11,374 bases of DNA from Candidatus Hermodarchaeota archaeon (GTDB lineage: Archaea; Asgardarchaeota; Lokiarchaeia; Sigyniarchaeales; SOKP01), in NCBI GenBank assembly GCA_048885925.1, contig JBHLLG010000093.1, positions 1 to 11,374 of the forward strand, in the 5' to 3' direction. Each line of letters opens with the position of its first letter. The first letter of the stretch is position 1. The position numbers and the translations under genes were made by a program. Shown in pieces: positions 1 to 8,704 of this stretch. Under the pieces are notes generated by a model. That model worked only from the letters and a program-made list of their open reading frames with translations. It searched no databases and was not told the origin of the DNA.

Positions 1-224
1 TTAGCTAAATTCATTGTTATTTGCCATCGATTTTCTGGGTCAATATAGAATCCTTCTAAATGAGTGTAATCAAATACGTAATTAGGTTCATTCAAAGGAG
101 GATAATAAAATTCTTTTAAAGCTTTACTCCAAGCTATTTTAGCTAGATTTATTAAATTCCATTCTCTTTCTGTTAGTTCCTTTTTAGATCTTTTATCTCT
201 CCCTTTTCTTTTTGCTTGAATCAT
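1..224 (-). CDS. 5' part of a hypothetical protein running off the window edge; probable partner (possibly VWA-domain) of the upstream MoxR AAA+ ATPase
   Basis: Manual translation from ATG at 224: MIQAKRKGRDKRSKKELTEREWNLINLAKIAWSKALKEFYYPPLNEPNYVFDYTHLEGFYIDPENRWQITMNLA..., open for 74 codons to the edge. It starts 15 nt after the AAA+ stop on the same strand. The VWA assignment is only inferred from typical MoxR operons. Confidence 0.7.
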   Translation of the reverse strand, partial: MIQAKRKGRDKRSKKELTEREWNLINLAKIAWSKALKEFYYPPLNEPNYVFDYTHLEGFYIDPENRWQITMNLA

Positions 225-239
225 AATAACATTAAATAA

Positions 240-1967
240 TTATTCTTCTTTTTGAATATAATCTAAATTATCTAAAATAGATCTCAATTTCAATGCTTCT
301 GAACCTCCTGAAATTTGAATATTTACTATAGAATCATCACTTTTACCAGTAACATTGATTTCAATGAGTAAATCTTCCGTTCGAATTTGTTTAGTTTGTC
401 TTTGACTAAACGCTTCTTTAATAGGTTGATCTAAGTTTGAGAATTCAGCAGCGATATCTGCCCAAACTTCTTTATTATATTGGTACCTAAAAACATAATC
501 AGTAACCGTTTGTTTAAAAAGCTCTCGATTAATCCATTCAATTAAATCTCCTCTATTTGGAAAATCAATTACTTCCATAAGATCATTTCTGATTTCTGTT
601 AGTTTGACAATATTTCCTCTTTTTGAAGCCTCCTGAATTTGTTGAGCAATTATTGGATATTTTTTATTATTAACTGAATTTACAAATGGAATTAGATCGT
701 ATTTTACAATCAGATCGTTCTTTTCGAATTTTTTTAATTCAGTCAAATCATTATCTTTAGAGCCTCCTTCACGAAATCTTTCTGCAATTCTATAGCACTC
801 TTCACGATTTTTAAATCTTCTTAAAATAGCATTTAATAAACTCTTCGAAAATTCATATTTATCACCATAATATGGCGGCTTATCTAATTCCCTTTTTACA
901 TATATCGTTCTATGGGAAATTACATAAGGTGCAATTGTGTTTACAATATTTATATCAATATTATCTAATCCCAGCAACCATGCTAAAGCTTTTGAATATC
1001 TCAATAGATCCTTAGCCACTCTTACGCTTAAAATCGAATCAATCTTGTTACAAACATTTTGAGCCGTATTGAAATGACACCCTGAACATAATCCGGTACT
1101 AGGTTTTAAATCTTCTGTGTTCCCTTTATCAACACGATCGCATAAAGTAAATTCTCTTACTATAGCATGTATGAAATTATTAACTTCAGAGGGGAAAGGG
1201 ATTCTATTAACATAGAAATGAATTTCCATTAATTCATCTATACTTAAAACTTGGGGTACTTGGATTAATTCATCGTATCCACTATACTTTTCATCTTTTC
1301 CAGTTAAAATTAGTTGTAAGTCATGACTTCCGGGCATTGAGATAGGCACAGAAATACCAAATCTGTCTAAAAATGGCTGAGATAATTCAAAAGTACCAAT
1401 ATCATGCGGATTTATAGTTGCAAATAAGCAATATTTGTTAATTGTTGTTATCGAATCATAGTATTTGACAGTACCTTCAGCAAGTAATGATAGAAGAATA
1501 TCTTGAGCATAAGGTGTTAAGCGATTTACTTCATCAATAATTTTCCAAAAGTTTGTAACAAATTGTCTCCATACAACTTCTTCCTCACCTTCTTTCATCA
1601 GTTTTCCAAGTTTTAGAGTTCCTATGAGTTTTTCTTCAGTTAATTGGGGATGTCCTCTTATTATTGAATTTTCGATTTCACTCAATGTATTTGCTGTGAA
1701 CATCCTCCCTAATAGTTTAACGAGTGTGGTTTTGCCGCCACCATGCCCGCCAATTAATAGCATAGCAGAATTAGGAACTATTGCATTCAATACACAGAGG
1801 GTTAATATTTCTGGTAATAATTTTGTATTTAACTTTTTATCTTTTTCAGTGAAATATTTGATACTCCAATCTTTATAATGTACAAATAGCTGATTAGCTT
1901 GTATTAAGTTAATTATTTTCCACACTTTTTTCCTTAATGTGTGTTCTTCACCTAATTTTGTCGACAT
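240..1967 (-). CDS. MoxR-like AAA+ ATPase with Cys4 insertion and C-terminal extension
   Basis: Walker A GGHGGGKT, helix-2-insert-like region GHPQLTEEKLIG, Walker B IIDEVNR, sensor-1 ATINP, arginine finger FLDRF, lid motifs SVRVAKDLLR and VISHR; 575 aa. Confidence 0.9.
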   Translation of the reverse strand: MSTKLGEEHTLRKKVWKIINLIQANQLFVHYKDWSIKYFTEKDKKLNTKLLPEILTLCVLNAIVPNSAMLLIGGHGGGKTTLVKLLGRMFTANTLSEIENSIIRGHPQLTEEKLIGTLKLGKLMKEGEEEVVWRQFVTNFWKIIDEVNRLTPYAQDILLSLLAEGTVKYYDSITTINKYCLFATINPHDIGTFELSQPFLDRFGISVPISMPGSHDLQLILTGKDEKYSGYDELIQVPQVLSIDELMEIHFYVNRIPFPSEVNNFIHAIVREFTLCDRVDKGNTEDLKPSTGLCSGCHFNTAQNVCNKIDSILSVRVAKDLLRYSKALAWLLGLDNIDINIVNTIAPYVISHRTIYVKRELDKPPYYGDKYEFSKSLLNAILRRFKNREECYRIAERFREGGSKDNDLTELKKFEKNDLIVKYDLIPFVNSVNNKKYPIIAQQIQEASKRGNIVKLTEIRNDLMEVIDFPNRGDLIEWINRELFKQTVTDYVFRYQYNKEVWADIAAEFSNLDQPIKEAFSQRQTKQIRTEDLLIEINVTGKSDDSIVNIQISGGSEALKLRSILDNLDYIQKEE

Positions 1968-2094
1968 TTGGACTATTCTCTTAAGACTTTCAATATTAAA
2001 TAAAAATCAGTTTGACTATTTAATTTTGATCCTTCTATAATTAATGTTGCTGTAGAGTAGATTGATAAAACAAGCAAAAATAAGATGAAGTAAA

Positions 2095-2787
2095 TTATAA
2101 ATTAACTAATTCATTTAAATGTTCGATAACGTAATCTGGTTGAATATTCCATCGTTTATATGACATATGATCTTTCTGTATATGACGTAAAATTAAACAT
2201 GAACTTATTTTAGCATTTTTCGCTGCTGTGATGTCATGAATCGAATCGCCAATCATTATCGCTGATTTTTCTGAAGGATCATAATCAAATTTCTTCAAAA
2301 TATTAAAAATTCCGTTTGGAGAAGGTTTAGCAAATTTTTGATTTATATTAGTTCCTAAACTAAAGATAGTATGAAAATAATGATTGATTTTAAAGTGATT
2401 CAAAAAAAAATCTACGATATAATCTGCTGTATTAGAGCAAATTGCCAATTTTTTATTTTCCTTATGATTTTGAATTACTTCCAGTACGGCTTTTACATCT
2501 TTATATAAAGAAATTTGTTTTTTCCTTAGAAGCTTTTTTCTTATTTTAAAATCATTCTTATCGTAATATTTCCAAAACAGATCTGAATCATTTATCCCCC
2601 AATCTCTTAAAACTTCCTTATATTTTTCAAATGAACGCCATAAGTTATTTCTTTCATTTTTTTCAGGTATTTTTTTAACATTCAATTTTTTTAATGTCTT
2701 AACTAATATTAAATCGACATGATTACCAATATTTCCAAGATCTAATAATGTTCCATCTAAATCAAATATATAAAAATCAAAATTCAT
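2095..2787 (-). CDS. HAD-superfamily hydrolase (phosphoglycolate phosphatase-like, subfamily IA)
   Basis: Motif I FDLDGTL, motif II CSN, motif III KPSP, motif IV MIGDSIHDI, C-terminal PDYVIEHLNEL. Confidence 0.92.
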   Translation of the reverse strand: MNFDFYIFDLDGTLLDLGNIGNHVDLILVKTLKKLNVKKIPEKNERNNLWRSFEKYKEVLRDWGINDSDLFWKYYDKNDFKIRKKLLRKKQISLYKDVKAVLEVIQNHKENKKLAICSNTADYIVDFFLNHFKINHYFHTIFSLGTNINQKFAKPSPNGIFNILKKFDYDPSEKSAIMIGDSIHDITAAKNAKISSCLILRHIQKDHMSYKRWNIQPDYVIEHLNELVNL

Positions 2788-2899
2788 ATGTTAAATAAAA
2801 GAAGTGAAATAAATCAGTTTAAGTTATCCAATTTTTTGATTTACAATTTTTTAGAATAATTCATGGAAATTCTCCTAATTAGAATTAAATTTAAAAATT

Positions 2900-2940
2900 A
2901 GACTAATAAAAATTTAAAAAAAATGTCTTTTTATTAGTCT
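2900..2940 (-). terminator. Perfect 13-bp inverted repeat; possible terminator, RNA hairpin or protein-binding site
   Basis: AGACTAATAAAAA (2900-2912) and TTTTTATTAGTCT (2928-2940) with a 15-nt spacer. It lies 28 nt downstream of the 2969-3322 stop, with T-runs on the minus strand. Confidence 0.45.
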
Positions 2941-2968
2941 TTCTATGATTATATCTTATTATTTTACT

Positions 2969-3322
2969 CTAAAACCACCCAATATGACCTAAAGAATTTC
3001 CGTTTTCATCTAAAGCATAGATTAATCCCATGGATAGTGGTTCTTCCTCTTCTTTTTTAGTTGATTTAGCTACTTTTTTTATTGTTTCAAGTTTTAAAAT
3101 GAAAACCCTATTACACTTTTTACATTTAATATAGATTTTTTTTATTGATTTCAATTCTTCTTCATATTCTTCTTTTTTAAGAGGTTCTAATAATTCAGGG
3201 TTTTGATTATCACAATTTTTTAAAAAACATTGATCTAAAGAAATTTTTTCCATACCTCTTCTAGCTAAGGCGATAAATGCATGGCTTGGGATTTCATTTC
3301 TTAAGTCTTCATTTTTTACCAT
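2969..3322 (-). CDS. Hypothetical small protein, putative zinc-ribbon (C-x4-C ... C-x2-C)
   Basis: 117-aa ORF with CFLKNC and CKKC; no family recognised. Confidence 0.75.
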   Translation of the reverse strand: MVKNEDLRNEIPSHAFIALARRGMEKISLDQCFLKNCDNQNPELLEPLKKEEYEEELKSIKKIYIKCKKCNRVFILKLETIKKVAKSTKKEEEEPLSMGLIYALDENGNSLGHIGWF

Positions 3323-3445
3323 ATATAATTTAAGATATTGATATGTCTTATTTCTTTTTCTTTTATTTTATAGAAAACGGATTTTAATAAATTATGGTGA
3401 CTAATTTTAATTAATAGCTAGAACTATATTTTATTGAATTAAAGT

Positions 3446-3751
3446 ATGACTAAAAAGGAAGAGATTTCAAAGGAAACCATTGAACATATTTCGAAATTAG
3501 CATTATTGGATTTATCTGAAGAAGAAAAAGAAAATTTTGCGAAAGAATTAGGTAATATTCTTTCCTATTTTAAAAAGCTAGATGATATAGATACTAGCAA
3601 TGTTAAGCCCATGACTCATCCAATAGATGGATTAAAGAATGTTTTTAGAGAAGATATACCTTGGAAATCTCTTTCTAATGAAGAAGCATTAAAGAATGCT
3701 AAACATAAACAGGATGGTTATATTAAAGCTCCAAGAATTATAAAGGAGTAA
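3446..3751 (+). CDS. gatC: Asp-tRNA(Asn)/Glu-tRNA(Gln) amidotransferase subunit C
   Basis: Typical GatC pattern: ISKETIEHISKLALLDL...LGNILSYFKKLDDIDTSNVKPMTHP...NVFRED...EEALKNA...DGYIKAPRII. Confidence 0.95.
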   Translation: MTKKEEISKETIEHISKLALLDLSEEEKENFAKELGNILSYFKKLDDIDTSNVKPMTHPIDGLKNVFREDIPWKSLSNEEALKNAKHKQDGYIKAPRIIKE

Positions 3752-3768
3752 ATGAATAATTGTTATTA

Positions 3769-4767
3769 TTATTTTTTATACTCTTCTGTTAATCTATTTA
3801 TTGCTTCAGCCATATCTCTAAGCGCTTTTCTTCTTTCTTCTGGACTCATTTCATAGAAACTATCCTCAATATCAGTGCCGATTTTTTCTGTAGACGCCAT
3901 GGTTAAAAATTTTTTATAAACTAACCTTGTTATATATTTTTCATAGCGTTCCAAAGCTTTATTCAATTTTGAGTCATTTTTAATTATATCATAAAGCTCT
4001 AAAGTTTCTAAAGACTTAATTCCTAGATCTATTCTAAACCAACTAATTGGAAATAAAAGTTCTCTTTGAATACCCATCTCAATAATAACAAGATTATCAT
4101 CGTCTATATACAGTTCTGGGAGCTCATCTTCTTTATATGTAATGTTATCGCTCATTATATAAAGATTTGCAGCACCTCTTGAAGTACATACAATCCCAGT
4201 AGCAAATCCTTTAGCCATTCTCAAAGTATCAGCAAAATCTTCTAATTTATTTCCTCTTAAATGAAGATTTTTCTTTTTAACTCCTTGAATCTCTACTTTT
4301 ATTTTTTTTAATCCTTTAGCATCAGATAAAATTTGTGGAAATAAATCTTTATTTCTTGTCTTTTTATGAGCTTCTAATAATTTGTTAATTATTTCATAAT
4401 CTAATTTAAGTCCAGGAATAATCGTATTTTGATTGAGAAACGCATCTACTTCAAAATCCGCAATCCCATAAAAAAGTTTTCCATTATTCATTATGTTATA
4501 GATACTATCTACTATTGCTTTGATTAAAGCTTTAGGATCCTCCCGAATTGAATCAAATTCTTTAGTTTCAAATGTATCAATCTGATCTTCTAGGCCCTCT
4601 TCTTGATAAAATGCTCCCCAACTTAACTCACTAAAAATATTACCTTCAGTATATAAATTATGATGCGCATCAATGCTTAAAATGGATTTTGAACCACCAA
4701 GTTCAACACCTAACTTAGATCCTGAAGCCAAAATCGCAGCCGGGGGATTAAAAAATTCTACGGGCAA
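3769..4767 (-). CDS. Hypothetical protein (332 aa, TTG start)
   Basis: Long ORF with natural soluble-protein composition, convergent with gatC; no family motif recognised. Confidence 0.8.
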   Translation of the reverse strand: MPVEFFNPPAAILASGSKLGVELGGSKSILSIDAHHNLYTEGNIFSELSWGAFYQEEGLEDQIDTFETKEFDSIREDPKALIKAIVDSIYNIMNNGKLFYGIADFEVDAFLNQNTIIPGLKLDYEIINKLLEAHKKTRNKDLFPQILSDAKGLKKIKVEIQGVKKKNLHLRGNKLEDFADTLRMAKGFATGIVCTSRGAANLYIMSDNITYKEDELPELYIDDDNLVIIEMGIQRELLFPISWFRIDLGIKSLETLELYDIIKNDSKLNKALERYEKYITRLVYKKFLTMASTEKIGTDIEDSFYEMSPEERRKALRDMAEAINRLTEEYKK

Positions 4768-4921
4768 TTTATAACACGTGCTAAATAAGTATTTTATATA
4801 GTGAAATTGTTATTGTTAATTAATGGTTTTTAAACAAATTCTAGATAATATACAACTTTAATTATATAAATAATTAGTGGAATGAATAATTGAAATCCAT
4901 AAAAAAATATTTATATAATGA

Positions 4922-6436
4922 TTATAGATTTGTAATTTTTCTACGAAATTCTGAATAATCACATAAAATTTTGAGACATTTAGTTATATCATCCCACATA
5001 CTAAAAATAGGAATATCATATTCAACAAATTTTTGCATCCATGAATATCTATAAGGATATGGACCAGCAAAAAACACAGGAATTGAATACTTTCTCATTA
5101 GTCTTTTTAGAGGTTTTAAAACAACATTATCAAATACTTCCTTCACATTTTTCAAGTTCTCATCGAGTTCCATGCCTGAATTTTCAATTATTTTCAGAAT
5201 ATCGTCAAAATCATAAACTCCAAACACTATAATTGCATCAACTTCACCAGATTTCATTAAAAGTTTTGGAAATTTTATAAACATATTCATAAAATTTTGA
5301 TGAAAAGTAATATCAATTGGATTTATAGAGCTTGCTGTCTTAGGAATATCTTTTTTAATTTCTAATTGTAAATCTTGTGAAAATTCGGGCACTTCCATTC
5401 CATATAATTCAGCTGTTTTTGTCATCATAGCACCGGGACCTCCTGAATCCGTTATAATACCTAATCTATTTCCTTTTGGAAAAATATTATGTGTTTGTGC
5501 TTGTGATAAAGTTCTAAGATAATACAAGAAATCCATTATAGAATTAGTTGATATTATACCTGTTTCTTTAAAAACAGCATCATAAATTTTTTTATCAGTA
5601 CTAATTGAACCTGTATGGCTCATTATAGATCTCGCAGCAGCTTGTGTCCCTCCAGCATAAATTGCTACTATTGGCTTTTTAGGCATTATTTCTTTGGCTA
5701 AATTAATAAAGTCTTTTCCCTGTTTGATTTCTTCGATATATAGCCCGATAACTTCTGTTTGAGGATCCTTTTTAAAATAATTTAATACATTTACCAAGTC
5801 TATATTTCTTTCATTTCCTACAGATATAGATTTTCCAATCCTAACTCCTAAATCATTTGTATAAAAAGCTGTTTGAGCAGCAACAGTGCCAGATTGACTT
5901 ATAATTGAGATATTTCCTCGTTTATGAGGGAGATACATCCAAAATGTATTTAAGTAGGCATCTTTTTTATCAGGATAACCATACCATCCATTATATATAC
6001 CTAAACAGTTAGGCCCAATAAATCTCATATTATATTTCTTAGCTATTTCATCAATTTTTTTAGATAATTCTATTCCATCAGAACCACTCTCTCGAAAGCC
6101 TCCTGATGTAATGATTAAGTGTTTAATACCTTTTTGACCACATTCTTCCATAACTAGCGGAACAATTCTTGTTGGCAATATAATAAAGGCTAAATCTGGT
6201 ATTATTGGAATATCAAACACAGATTTATAAGCTTTAAGTCCTTGAACTTTATCTAAACTGGGATGAACCGGAAAGATATTTCCATCAAATCCGCCTCCAG
6301 TAATAATGTTTCGGAGTTGCATTGATCCCATTGTAGTCATTAAGTCGTTATTCGCACCAAAAACACAAATACTTCCGGGATTTAAGATTTTTTCAATATA
6401 ACTTTCCCTATCTGGCTCTAGATTATTTTCATTCAT
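4922..6436 (-). CDS. acdA: Acyl-CoA synthetase / acetate-CoA ligase (ADP-forming), alpha subunit-like
   Basis: CoA-binding domain (SICVFGA...FPVHP...GLKAYKSVFDIP..PDLAFI), SGGFRE, RFIGPNCLG, ISQSG, SVGNE, phospho-His motif SHTGS, ITDSGG, NPIDIT. No beta (ATP-grasp) subunit in the window. Confidence 0.88.
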   Translation of the reverse strand: MNENNLEPDRESYIEKILNPGSICVFGANNDLMTTMGSMQLRNIITGGGFDGNIFPVHPSLDKVQGLKAYKSVFDIPIIPDLAFIILPTRIVPLVMEECGQKGIKHLIITSGGFRESGSDGIELSKKIDEIAKKYNMRFIGPNCLGIYNGWYGYPDKKDAYLNTFWMYLPHKRGNISIISQSGTVAAQTAFYTNDLGVRIGKSISVGNERNIDLVNVLNYFKKDPQTEVIGLYIEEIKQGKDFINLAKEIMPKKPIVAIYAGGTQAAARSIMSHTGSISTDKKIYDAVFKETGIISTNSIMDFLYYLRTLSQAQTHNIFPKGNRLGIITDSGGPGAMMTKTAELYGMEVPEFSQDLQLEIKKDIPKTASSINPIDITFHQNFMNMFIKFPKLLMKSGEVDAIIVFGVYDFDDILKIIENSGMELDENLKNVKEVFDNVVLKPLKRLMRKYSIPVFFAGPYPYRYSWMQKFVEYDIPIFSMWDDITKCLKILCDYSEFRRKITNL

Positions 6437-6511
6437 GATAATTTAAATAACAATGCTAAAAAAGAAAATAAAAAATGCAATAAGAGTTTTATGATTAATA
6501 CTTTTGTAATT

Positions 6512-6724
6512 TTAAAGTTCTCTTATTAACTCGATTTCTGCAGAAAATCCAGGTATCATCCCTTCATATGTAACAAATCCTTTCTCTTTTAATTTTTTTA
6601 GGATCAGTCTAACTCCTTCGAATTCATTTTCACATAATATTTGTATTTGTTTATAATTTAACTTTCCACCATTTTCGTTAAGTTTTTTAATTATAAAATT
6701 TTCCTCGTGTGTTAATTCTGTCAT
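6512..6724 (-). CDS. Small winged-helix-like protein (about 70 aa)
   Basis: MTELTHEENFIIKKLNENGGKLNYKQIQILCENEFEGVRLILKKLKEKGFVTYEG... fits a helix-helix-helix-wing pattern. The second ATG (6724) has an upstream AAGGAAAGG; alternative start at 6748. Confidence 0.7.
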   Translation of the reverse strand: MTELTHEENFIIKKLNENGGKLNYKQIQILCENEFEGVRLILKKLKEKGFVTYEGMIPGFSAEIELIREL

Positions 6725-6765
6725 ATTTAGCCTTTCCTTACAAGTCATTTATATTTACTTGAAAT

Positions 6766-7281
6766 TCAAGTCTTGCCAGTGCTTCCAAATCCCCCCTTTC
6801 CACGTTCCGAGTCTAAAAGTTTTTCGGTTTCTATAAATTCATAATTATAAATTTTAGAAAAAATAATTTGGCAAATTCTTTCTCCTTTTCTTAACACAAC
6901 GTTTTTATTGGATAAATTGATTACTATTGCCATCCATTCATTCCTATATCCCGCATCAATTGTACCAGGAGCATTTACTATGGAAATTCCATCCCACAAT
7001 GCTAGACCACTTCTAGGAACCACTTTGAAGTAATATCCTTCTGGTATAGCTGTGGAAAATCCTAGTGGACATCCTATTCTTTCAAGTGGTTTTAATATAT
7101 AAGTGTCAGAATCAACATCGATTAATTCTTTTTTATCCTTTTCATGGATTATTTTCTTAAAACCCATGATTCGAGCATCCGCACCTGCATCTCCTGGTTT
7201 TAACTGTTTTGGGATAGGTGTATCCTTTCTTAATTTTTTTAAAGGAATCGAAATCAGATTTTCATTAGTTTTTCTGCTCAT
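6766..7281 (-). CDS. dut: Trimeric dUTP diphosphatase
   Basis: Motifs GDAGAD, PRSGLA, NAPGTIDAGYRNE, GERICQ, RGKGGFGSTG. Confidence 0.96.
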   Translation of the reverse strand: MSRKTNENLISIPLKKLRKDTPIPKQLKPGDAGADARIMGFKKIIHEKDKKELIDVDSDTYILKPLERIGCPLGFSTAIPEGYYFKVVPRSGLALWDGISIVNAPGTIDAGYRNEWMAIVINLSNKNVVLRKGERICQIIFSKIYNYEFIETEKLLDSERGKGGFGSTGKT

Positions 7282-7367
7282 AATATATCAATTTAATTTA
7301 TATTTAGTTTTAAAAAAAAATTTTTATTAAAGAATAGATATTTTGTTAAATATCAATATTTCTACTA

Positions 7368-7832
7368 GTGATTATTTTGATTATAATCAACAGATTTGAT
7401 CCTAGAGTTGATAAAGAAGCACTGAAGGAGATTTTTAAAGATTTTATTGCAAGTAAGTCTTACTTCTTTTCTGTTTGGGAAAGATTTGAAGAGGAATTAA
7501 ATCGGAGGGCTCTCGATCTTCAATATAGAAACTCTATGGTTGTAGCGAAAGAAGATGGAAAAATACTAGGTTTTGGGACTTATACCTTCTTTAGAGACTA
7601 TCTGGGAAATGATAGAGTTTTAATTCATCAAGTAATGACAAAAAAAGAAGATTCCTTTAAAAGAGGAATTGAAGAAATGATTATTCGAGAGTTACAATTA
7701 TATATCAAAAGAACGCTAAAGATTGATAAAAGTTACTTTATTTGCCCAGATTCAGATGGAGCTATGAGAAGCTTATTTTTAAAACTTGGTATAAAGAAGT
7801 CACCAAACATATGGTATGAAAATGAGATGTAA
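7368..7832 (+). CDS. GNAT-fold N-acetyltransferase-like protein
   Basis: MVVAKEDGKILGFG strand, VLIHQVMT, degenerate motif A FKRGIEEMII, LFLKLG motif B. The true start may be TTG at 7377, preceded by SD-like AGTGA. Confidence 0.7.
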   Translation: MIILIIINRFDPRVDKEALKEIFKDFIASKSYFFSVWERFEEELNRRALDLQYRNSMVVAKEDGKILGFGTYTFFRDYLGNDRVLIHQVMTKKEDSFKRGIEEMIIRELQLYIKRTLKIDKSYFICPDSDGAMRSLFLKLGIKKSPNIWYENEM

Positions 7833-7881
7833 TCACTACTCAAATATTTTCATAAATTGAAATTAAATATAATGTTATTTC

Positions 7882-8391
7882 ATGAAAATTTCGAATGATA
7901 TCTCAGATCTAATTGAAAAAGCAAGAACCTTTAAAAAGCAAAATAAATTTGATGAAGCTTTGAGAATATTAAATGAGATTTACACAAGCAAACCTAATTC
8001 TGAGGAAATTAAAACTATATTAATCGAAACTTTATTTGATTATGGGGGATACCTTAATGATTATTATACTTTGGAATATGAAAAGGCCAAAGAAGTATTT
8101 GAACGAATTATAAACCTTAGTCCAAATAACTATAGAGCACATTATAATTTAGGACTTGCCTTCTTTAATTTAAGCAAATTCCAGAACGCAGAAAATTCAT
8201 TTAAAAAAGCATTAAGTATCAAACCAGATTATAAATATTGCTTCTATAACTTAGGTTTAATTTACGAAACCAAGGAAAAATATAAGAAAGCTTTACAATA
8301 TTATGAAAAAGCTTTAAAAATTGACCCAAATTTCATCTATGCTCTTACAGCAAGATCAGAAATGAGAAAAAGATTAGATGAGATAAAATAA
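7882..8391 (+). CDS. Tetratricopeptide repeat protein
   Basis: Repeats such as YRAHYNLGLAFFNLSKFQNAENSFKKALSIKPDY and KYCFYNLGLIYETKEKYKKALQYYEKALKIDPNF. Confidence 0.93.
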   Translation: MKISNDISDLIEKARTFKKQNKFDEALRILNEIYTSKPNSEEIKTILIETLFDYGGYLNDYYTLEYEKAKEVFERIINLSPNNYRAHYNLGLAFFNLSKFQNAENSFKKALSIKPDYKYCFYNLGLIYETKEKYKKALQYYEKALKIDPNFIYALTARSEMRKRLDEIK

Positions 8392-8424
8392 AAAAAATTA
8401 AATAGTTTTAATTTTAAATTAAAG

Positions 8425-8556
8425 CTATTTTTCAACTAATTTACGATGAATTGCACAGCATACAATTAAAACTATTAATACTATAACGCCACCAATTATA
8501 TATCGTATTACAGTGGGGTTAGAAAGCAAGTCTGCAATTAGATCTGACTGAAACAT
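8425..8556 (-). CDS. 43-aa single-pass membrane microprotein (not in ORF track)
   Basis: MFQSDLIADLLSNPTVIRYIIGGVIVLIVLIVCCAIHRKLVEK*. It has a hydrophobic stretch of about 19 residues and a basic tail, SD-like AAGGGG 4 nt before the ATG, and a TATA-like TTTAAATA upstream. Confidence 0.75.
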   Translation of the reverse strand: MFQSDLIADLLSNPTVIRYIIGGVIVLIVLIVCCAIHRKLVEK

Positions 8557-8595
8557 ATTACCCCTTAATCGAATTATAAAGTCTAAATAGAACCC

Positions 8596-8607
8596 TTAAT
8601 ATTTAAA
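8596..8607 (-). promoter_or_regulatory. Putative archaeal TATA box for the microprotein gene
   Basis: TTTAAATATTAA on the minus strand about 40 nt upstream of ATG 8556; the identical 12-mer lies upstream of the dodecin gene. Confidence 0.4.
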
Positions 8608-8704
8608 ATTTGATCATTAATTTTAGTTATATTCTTTTATTTGGAATAATCATTGAAAATTAAATTTTGAAAAAAGAAAAAAAAATAAAAATTATATTAA
8701 AAAT

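Noticed and set aside
1624-1878. 84-aa plus-strand ORF
   Set aside because: Antisense shadow of the AAA+ ATPase.
5041-5232. 63-aa plus-strand ORF
   Set aside because: Antisense shadow of acdA.
7142-7169. Hairpin TCATGGGTT...AATCCATGA within the dUTPase loop insertion, as a possible second intron
   Set aside because: No 4-bp helix flanked by 3-nt bulges could be built, and the frame is open with no stops.
7103-7330. 75-aa plus-strand ORF
   Set aside because: Antisense shadow of dut.
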